Assembly (NCBI RefSeq): GCF_006345805.1
Contig: NC_043005.1
Coordinates: 74,400,001 to 74,464,000, forward strand
DNA from: Octopus sinensis
Lineage: Eukaryota
Reading direction: 5' to 3'
DNA: 64,000 nucleotides
Shown here one piece after another: positions 63,563-64,000 of the stretch (positions within the stretch are counted from its first letter, which is position 1; every line of letters begins with the position of its first letter). The notes under the pieces are model-generated. The model did not search any database. It was not told where the DNA came from and was given only the letters and a program-made list of their open reading frames with translations. Made by a program: the position numbers and the translations under genes.

Positions 63563-64000
63563 AACGAATTAGAGAAACTATAAGGTAAGTGAAATCGGGA
63601 AGGTGAGAGTAAATATGAACAAATAAATAAAATATTTTTTAAAAAATGCTTCAGGCGAAGAAAAGTAATTTGAAGATGAAACTAGAGAGAGATGAGCAAA
63701 GTTTGTGAATTACGTTAATGAATTAATCCCTCAGTTAATTAATAAATTAATTAAAAAAACAAGTTTATTAAAAGCCACATTGTTTCATTGCATTAGACAT
63801 CGCACTAGTAGACTGCTATATACGGTTCTTATACTAACTTAACATTGGATTGACTCAACATTACCATTACCTGTGCAGGTGCGCGGTGTGTCATACGTCG
63901 GATATCAGAGAGCAACGTGATATGAAGTTTTTTGCTCAAAATTATAACGCACCGTCCAGTCCGGCAAACGAACCAGCGATCCCTGCGATTGTGTGTACAA

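Overview
AT-rich eukaryotic genomic DNA packed with microsatellites and nested transposable elements. The SINE families and the Dong/R4, Penelope and RTE complement look like an octopus (coleoid cephalopod) genome; this is inference from sequence style. No host protein-coding gene can be supported, and most ORFs in the supplied track are translations of simple repeats or SINEs. Recognisable coding remnants are all mobile-element derived: four Dong/R4-type non-LTR retrotransposon pieces (RT plus restriction-like endonuclease), a full-length but inactivated Buster/Charlie-type hAT transposon with a perfect 8-bp TSD, three mariner remnants, a Penelope-like element (RT plus GIY-YIG), a HERO-like RT relic and RTE fragments. 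Non-coding elements include hAT and pogo MITEs, two non-autonomous Helitrons and at least four tRNA-headed SINE families. The most interesting structure is a set of elements tied to (TAA)n arrays: Dong-like LINEs and a non-coding, non-tRNA ~555-bp element always sit in (AAT)n in the same polarity and stack into each other's tails, and one insertion is a chimera of the two. Other highlights are a minimal hammerhead-ribozyme-like motif, SINE multimers whose junctions match their target-site motif, and several long foldback structures. Family names come from recognised motifs, not database searches, and boundaries of decayed elements are approximate.
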